Assembly: GCA_963737905.1 (NCBI GenBank)
Contig: CAVTUQ010000021.1
Span: 1 to 64,000 of the forward strand
Direction: 5' to 3'
DNA length: 64,000 nucleotides
Source of the DNA: an uncultured delta proteobacterium
GTDB taxonomy: Bacteria; Desulfobacterota; Binatia; UBA9968
The position numbers and the translations under genes are program-made. Numbering within the stretch: position 1 is the first letter of the stretch; each line of letters opens with the position of its first letter. Below are positions 58,597-64,000 of the stretch, in pieces. The notes under the pieces were generated by a model, which saw nothing but the letters and a program-made list of their open reading frames with translations, was not told the origin of the DNA and did not search any database.

Positions 58597-59394
58597 CTCT
58601 CTTATTTTCTTCGGTTCTCCCCAAGTTTTCAGGATCACCTGCGCGATGTTTCGTCCACGGATTGCGATTACCTTCTTTCCTGTCTCCGCGCTCCCTGATT
58701 GTGGTGATCCGAAATAGCCACGGCCTCCGCTGAGACTTGAGTAGTCCCGGGTTTCACCGCGAAAGGCGTCCACGTCATAGTCGAAGTTAGCGTCGAGCCG
58801 ACCAAGGATCTCTCGCCTCACCATCTCAGGAAAAGCGTGCAGCGCCAGCGACGTCTCCCATTCCCCACCGTGCCCCTCACGATCCGGCCGGACGCTGCGG
58901 GACAATTCAGGGACGCCCTCGCGATAACACGCAGCGGTCAAATCCGGATCGCTGGTGAAACCGACGCAGAGAACCCGAGCAGTGTTTTCTTCGATTAGTA
59001 TTCCGCGCGCCTCGTCCAGCGCTTTCATATGACCGAGATCTCGATGGCCGTTGAGAATCACAAGCCGATCGAGCCCGTGCCGCGCGAGCGAACGCCCGAT
59101 ATCCACGACCAGCGACCTAAGCGTTTCCGGCTCGAGGGATAGCGTGCCAGGAAAGTCGATGGCCGCCCGCGCCACGCCGTAGGAGATGGTCGGCGCCATG
59201 ACGACTTCATAGCCTTTCTCCTCCAGATGCGGCGCAGCCGCTTCTGCATAGACCTCCGCGGCAAAGGAATCGAGCCCCAGCGGCAGGTGCGCACCGTGCT
59301 CCTCCACCACTCCAACCGGCAAAATCACGAGCGCACAACCGGAACGCGCTACGCGTTCTACATCTGGAAACGGGATCTTTGCGAGGTGCTGCAT
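58594..59394 (-). CDS. Creatininase/MftE family amidohydrolase
   Basis: EEHGAHLPLGLD, FPGTLSL, NGH, HGGEWETS; GAGGGG RBS before ATG 59394. Confidence 0.88.
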   Translation of the reverse strand: MQHLAKIPFPDVERVARSGCALVILPVGVVEEHGAHLPLGLDSFAAEVYAEAAAPHLEEKGYEVVMAPTISYGVARAAIDFPGTLSLEPETLRSLVVDIGRSLARHGLDRLVILNGHRDLGHMKALDEARGILIEENTARVLCVGFTSDPDLTAACYREGVPELSRSVRPDREGHGGEWETSLALHAFPEMVRREILGRLDANFDYDVDAFRGETRDYSSLSGGRGYFGSPQSGSAETGKKVIAIRGRNIAQVILKTWGEPKKIRE

Positions 59395-59620
59395 TCTTGT
59401 TCCCCTCACGGCAATGTCGAAGTTACGAGATACTCTGGCATCTCTTTCAATCTCCGTATAGCTCGGCTGGAGTCTTCCTTGCAAGCTTCGTTTGGTAACC
59501 GTCAAGTTCATAGTCCAGATGACCCCAAAGCGCCAATCAATCGCTTTATTCTGTCGGTCTGTTTGACGTGGTGTATCGTTCTGATTATATCCTTGGTGTT
59601 CTTCGCAGCGGCGCATACAA

Positions 59621-60931
59621 ATGAAATGGAAAACACCGAAACTCTCCGCCAACTTATCGATCTTGGGAAGAGCATCAAGTTCCGGTGTCGAGAAACTCAG
59701 CGATTCACACACGATTGAAACCGGCGGCGTCCTTTCTTCGTATCAGTTCCTGACACTATATTTCCCTGCGTTTATTCTCGCCCTGGGCTACAGTATCGCG
59801 ACACCCGCCATTCCGGTATTTGCCAAATCTTTTGATACCGGTTTCGGTGTTGCTTCTCTCGTCATTGTCGTTCACGCCCTCGGTGGACTCATTGCGGCGG
59901 TGCCCACGGGTTTTCTTGTCGACCACTGGGGCCGCCGGCCGATGCTTTTTGCCGGTCCGCTGCTGATGGCGGCCTCATCCTGTCTCACGGCCGTGGCTCA
60001 GAGCTTTCCCGAGCTTCTCTGCTATCGCTTTCTCGGCGGTGCGGCGATGGAAATGTGGCGGCAAGCCCGATTGGCGATCATTGCCGACGTCAGTAAAAGT
60101 CGCCAACGGGGCCGGCAGATGAGCGGCATGGTGGGCACCGAAGGCGCCGGTAGGCTCCTGGGACCGGCGGTGGGTGGAATACTCGGTGCATGGAGCATCC
60201 GTTTGCCGTTTGTCGTCCACGGAGCGCTGGCGTTTCTCGCCATCGTGCCGAGCTTCTTTCTGATTCGAGAATCAGCGCCGATCGAAAACAAAGGATCTAG
60301 CAAAAACCAAGAGGATCAGCTCAATACGCGGGCGCTGCTGGTGATGATGTTGGAGGCTCGGTACCTGAGCTTTCTGTCCGCGCAGTTTTTCGCATCCATG
60401 ACTCGAGGGGTACTGTGGGGAGGCACCCTGTTGCTTTACGCCGCCTACGCTTATGACGCGGGACCTCAATTATTGGGGGGACTCGCAACGACCAGCAGCA
60501 TCGTCGGAATCCCGATCACACTTTCGTGCGGCTATTTGATGGACCGCTTCGGACGCAAAACCACGATGGTGCCGGGATTTGTCTTCATCGCATTCGGTCT
60601 CATGTTTCTTGCATCGAGCGCGCAATGGCACTGGACCCTTGCCAGTTTCATCGCCGGCTTTCTTTGGATTCAAGGCGGCCATAGTATTACCGCCGGGAGC
60701 ATGCAGGTGCTCGGCTCGGACATGGCTCCGGCGGTTGCGCGAGGACGGTTCTTTGGATTTTGGCGTCTTGTCGGCGAGATCGGAAGCCTCGTCAGTCCCG
60801 TTCTTTTCGCCCTGGTAGCGGAGCAGATGACATACAGCGCGGCGTTCGTTTTGTTCAGTCTTTGCGCTCTCGCTACCGCGGCGTTGCTCGCCTTTTCGGT
60901 CAGTGAAACGGTGGGGCGGGGAAAACTTTAG
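59621..60931 (+). CDS. MFS transporter (start uncertain)
   Basis: GFLVDHWGRRP, MDRFGRK; 12 TM pattern. Confidence 0.85.
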   Translation: MKWKTPKLSANLSILGRASSSGVEKLSDSHTIETGGVLSSYQFLTLYFPAFILALGYSIATPAIPVFAKSFDTGFGVASLVIVVHALGGLIAAVPTGFLVDHWGRRPMLFAGPLLMAASSCLTAVAQSFPELLCYRFLGGAAMEMWRQARLAIIADVSKSRQRGRQMSGMVGTEGAGRLLGPAVGGILGAWSIRLPFVVHGALAFLAIVPSFFLIRESAPIENKGSSKNQEDQLNTRALLVMMLEARYLSFLSAQFFASMTRGVLWGGTLLLYAAYAYDAGPQLLGGLATTSSIVGIPITLSCGYLMDRFGRKTTMVPGFVFIAFGLMFLASSAQWHWTLASFIAGFLWIQGGHSITAGSMQVLGSDMAPAVARGRFFGFWRLVGEIGSLVSPVLFALVAEQMTYSAAFVLFSLCALATAALLAFSVSETVGRGKL

Positions 60932-60995
60932 CTGAGCCCAGCGCGGCTACGCCGTAACCAAAGAGACAAGCCTTGCTTCACCACAGAGACGCAAC

Positions 60996-62537
60996 ATGAA
61001 CTTATTACAATCCTCGCAAACCACTCATTCGAAACGCAACCTGGCCATTAGCGGTGTCATGCTGGTCATCTTTCTTTACGCCATCGATGCCACCATCGTC
61101 AGCACGTCGATGCCGACCATCGTCGCCAAACTAGGCGGGCTCGAGCTGTACAGCTGGGTTTTCTCGATCTACATGCTCACCTCGGCGCTGACAACCCCGC
61201 TCTTCGGCAAGCTGGCAGATTTATTCAGTCACCGGCGTTTGATGCTCATCGGCATCGGCATTTTTGTCCTTGGATCGATATTGTGCGGCGCGGCGCAAAG
61301 CATGGAGATGCTGGTTCTTTTTCGCGCCATTCAAGGGTTGGGGGGCGGCGCGATCTATGCCTTGGCCTTCATCGTGGTCGGCGTTCTGTTTCCTCCGGAA
61401 GAACGCGCCAAAATGCAGGGCATCATCAGCAGCATTTGGGGGCTCTCATCGATCCTCGGCCCTTTGGCCGGTGGACTCATTGTTGAGCATACAAGCTGGC
61501 GTTGGGTCTTTTTCGTCAATCTCCCGATCACGGCAATCTCTGTCGGCCTGATCGTCGTCGGACTCAAGGAAGAAAAGGCCGAACGGCACGCGCCGAAGCT
61601 CGATCTCTTGGGGGCCGGGACTCTTCTCTTGGGTTTGATATTGATGTTCTATGGGCTCTCGCACAGCGCCCACGCCAATCAACCGTTGAATGCGGAGCTC
61701 TTGTCCATCCTCGCTCTGTCTGTGGTGGTTCTTATTTTCTTCTATTTCCTCGAACAACGCGCCGAGGAGCCCATCATCCCCCTCGATCTTTTTCGTTTGA
61801 ACCTTTACCGGACTTCCTCGCTCGTGTCGACGCTCGCAGCCATGGGGGTGTTTGGCGCCATCAGTTATTTGCCACTCTATCTCCAAGGCGTGCTCGGCAT
61901 GAGCGCGTCGGGCGCCGGACTGATTTTGTTGCTTCTGAGCCTTGGATGGACGGCCGGCAGCCTGATCGCGGGTCAGGGAATCAATCGATGGGGCTACCGA
62001 AGAGTCGCCGGCGCGGGAATGACCTGCATGGCGATCGGCTTCGGCATATTCGTAGTCATAGGTCATTCCGTCACGCTTCTTTTGGTACTGCTTGCCAGTT
62101 TGTTGATCGGCGTGGGAATGGGGACGGCAAATCTCACGACTTTGGTGGCGGCGCAGAGCGCCGTGCCGATTCGACGCATCGGCGTGGCTACTTCCACACT
62201 TATGTTGTTTAGAACCTTCGGCGGCGCCTTTTGTATCAGTCTCATGGGAACGGTTCTCTTCAACCGCATGCAACAGGGCTTGGAGAAAATTGGCAGCGGC
62301 CTGTCTACAACGGTGCGTGACAAAGTCGCCAATCCGCAGAATCTGTTGGAACCTGCGACGCGAGCATCGATCCCACCAGAATTCTTGCCGCAACTGATCG
62401 ACCTCCTAGCCGATTCCATCTGGTACGCCTTCTTGACCGCGTTCTTGCTGATGGTCATCGGTTGCGTGGTCAGTACCCGGATGGGCTCCTATACGCCGGC
62501 GAACACACCCAGGCCGGACGGGAAGCCCAGCAGGTAG
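60996..62537 (+). CDS. MFS transporter, DHA2 (14-TM) family
   Basis: IDATIVSTSMPTI, FGKLADLF, WRWVFFVNLP, EEPIIPLDLF. Confidence 0.92.
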   Translation: MNLLQSSQTTHSKRNLAISGVMLVIFLYAIDATIVSTSMPTIVAKLGGLELYSWVFSIYMLTSALTTPLFGKLADLFSHRRLMLIGIGIFVLGSILCGAAQSMEMLVLFRAIQGLGGGAIYALAFIVVGVLFPPEERAKMQGIISSIWGLSSILGPLAGGLIVEHTSWRWVFFVNLPITAISVGLIVVGLKEEKAERHAPKLDLLGAGTLLLGLILMFYGLSHSAHANQPLNAELLSILALSVVVLIFFYFLEQRAEEPIIPLDLFRLNLYRTSSLVSTLAAMGVFGAISYLPLYLQGVLGMSASGAGLILLLLSLGWTAGSLIAGQGINRWGYRRVAGAGMTCMAIGFGIFVVIGHSVTLLLVLLASLLIGVGMGTANLTTLVAAQSAVPIRRIGVATSTLMLFRTFGGAFCISLMGTVLFNRMQQGLEKIGSGLSTTVRDKVANPQNLLEPATRASIPPEFLPQLIDLLADSIWYAFLTAFLLMVIGCVVSTRMGSYTPANTPRPDGKPSR

Positions 62538-62546
62538 GGGACAAGA

Positions 62547-62601
62547 GTTTCGGGTTTCAGGTTTCATGTTGACTCGAGGTTCGGAACTCGAAACCCGAAA
62601 C
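62547..62601. repeat. Inverted 7-mer arrays (GTTTCRG / CGAAACY)
   Basis: GTTTCGG GTTTCAG GTTTCAT ... CGGAACT CGAAACC CGAAAC. Confidence 0.65.
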
Positions 62602-62687
62602 GCGTACACGCCGTTGACAGATGACGCCTGCTCCCTGTACAGAGAGTGCAGGCTCGAACATTGAGCTACTCCAGGAGACGAACCGTT

Positions 62688-63947
62688 ATGAACAATGAAC
62701 CAACTGCAGAAGCGACAACTTCCACTGCACTTGGCGTGCAAATCCTCGATGCCACCGATCAACAGAAACGTCTCGCCCTTGGGCTGATCAGCACCTGTCA
62801 TACACTCAATCATCTACAATACAGCATCACCTCGGTCCTCTATCCGGTGATAATGAAAGAGTTGGGGTTTGGCCTCTTTCAACTCGGAGTGATCTCTGCC
62901 GTATCGAGTTTTGTCGGGCAGGGCCTGCAGGTTGTCTATGGATTCATCACCGGAATGTTCCGACGGACTGCTATTCTGGGAGCCGGCAATGTCATTGTCG
63001 GCATAACCGCTATGCTGCAGTATTTCGTCGGCAGCTATCCGCAACTCTTGGCCGCGCGCGTGGTCATTGATGCCGGTTCCAGTCCGCAGCATCCGCTGGG
63101 TTCGAGTATCTTGTCTCGCTATTACCCAAAGGCTCGCGGTTGGGCACTCACCTTCCATCACTCGGCGGGCAATCTCGGATCGTTTATCGGGCCTGCGTTA
63201 GCGTCATTAGCCCTGCTCTATATGGGATGGCGAACCGCTTTCGTCGTCTTCGGGATTTTCAGTCTGGCAATGGGATTGACCTTGTTTCTGCTGCGAGATT
63301 ACACGTCCGCTCCGGACGAACGCGAGGGCAAGAAGAGCATATTCAAAGCCAACCTTAACGCTTATATTATCTGCCTCAAGAATCGTAATATTCTGCTCAC
63401 ATCGCTTGTCCTTATGGTGGGCGCTGCGGGAAGAGGAACCGGGATCAATGCAACTTATCTCGTCCCGTTTTTCATGGACCGGTTCAACATAAGCGCATCC
63501 ACCGGCGGGATGCTTTTAACAGTCATGATGGGTGCCGGTCTCATTGGCCCCCTCGCCATCGCCTGGCTCTCGGACCGCACTGGCAAACGCACGTTCATCA
63601 CTCAAGTGACCTTGCTCCTGTCGGCGATCATGACTGTCTGGCTGGCACAGCATTCCAACTTGGGTCCGCTGTTTTATTTGAACTTGGTTTTCTACGGCGC
63701 CGTTGTTCAAGCTCGCGGAGCGCTCACGCAGACGATGATTGGCGACTTCGCCAGCGTCGAGCTGACCGACGCGGCGTTTTCGATCTACTATTTCGTCGGA
63801 TTCGTCTCGGGACCAATCTGGACTCTGATCATCGGATACATGATGGAGCATTACGGTTTTGCCCCCGCCTTTTACGTCGCTGCCTCGACGTACGTCGCCG
63901 GGATGCTCTTGCTGTTGCTGGTGAAAGAAAAACCCGCAAAGGTTTGA
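62688..63947 (+). CDS. MFS transporter (FSR-like)
   Basis: HTLNH, QHPLG, GNLG, LSDRTGK motifs. Confidence 0.88.
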   Translation: MNNEPTAEATTSTALGVQILDATDQQKRLALGLISTCHTLNHLQYSITSVLYPVIMKELGFGLFQLGVISAVSSFVGQGLQVVYGFITGMFRRTAILGAGNVIVGITAMLQYFVGSYPQLLAARVVIDAGSSPQHPLGSSILSRYYPKARGWALTFHHSAGNLGSFIGPALASLALLYMGWRTAFVVFGIFSLAMGLTLFLLRDYTSAPDEREGKKSIFKANLNAYIICLKNRNILLTSLVLMVGAAGRGTGINATYLVPFFMDRFNISASTGGMLLTVMMGAGLIGPLAIAWLSDRTGKRTFITQVTLLLSAIMTVWLAQHSNLGPLFYLNLVFYGAVVQARGALTQTMIGDFASVELTDAAFSIYYFVGFVSGPIWTLIIGYMMEHYGFAPAFYVAASTYVAGMLLLLLVKEKPAKV

Positions 63948-63963
63948 TGAAAAAGGATCATCT

Positions 63964-64000
63964 ATGATTCGGGTTGCCTTTGTCATCGGCGGCTATCCGC
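63964..64000 (+). CDS. Start of next gene (MIRVAFVIGGYP...), truncated by the window edge
   Basis: AAAGGA RBS, ATG, open to the end; too short to assign. Confidence 0.45.
   Translation, partial: MIRVAFVIGGYP

Noticed and set aside
50808-59394. PQQ or mycofactocin biosynthetic cluster (PqqC-like + creatininase)
   Set aside because: No radical SAM enzyme, PqqD/MftB chaperone or precursor peptide in the window
59395-59712. Creatininase N-terminal extension or IS630 remnant (NKAIDWRF)
   Set aside because: There is a good RBS at ATG 59394, and the similarity is only a few residues

Overview
64 kb of a bacterial chromosome. The many signal-peptide NMT1/SsuA-like solute-binding proteins, UbiD, VOC and MFS genes, and the intergenic repeat types suggest a Binatia/Deltaproteobacteria-like organism (inference only). 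There are three parts. (1) 1-26 kb: GC-rich ion/phosphate homeostasis modules (RND efflux, an MnhEFGBCD operon, NfeD-FloA, a Phd-ParE TA pair, amine oxidase, Na/Pi cotransporter, PPK2, P-type ATPase) plus an intact IS701 sitting on the CTAG end of a MITE. Many genes here carry single-base frameshifts, probably long-read errors. (2) 26-45 kb: envelope/stress genes and a CHASE-PAS kinase with a NarL-type regulator. A fixed-spacing 41-bp motif recurs upstream of several of these operons (candidate regulon), and an unannotated UxxC selenoprotein with a SECIS-like hairpin follows. (3) 45-64 kb: a catabolic/uptake cluster (UbiD, a PqqC-like protein with diiron-type ligands, VOCs, cupin, creatininase, six solute-binding proteins with no ABC permease in the window, four MFS transporters). 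No rRNA, tRNA or CRISPR array was found. Family calls come from motif recognition, not database searches.
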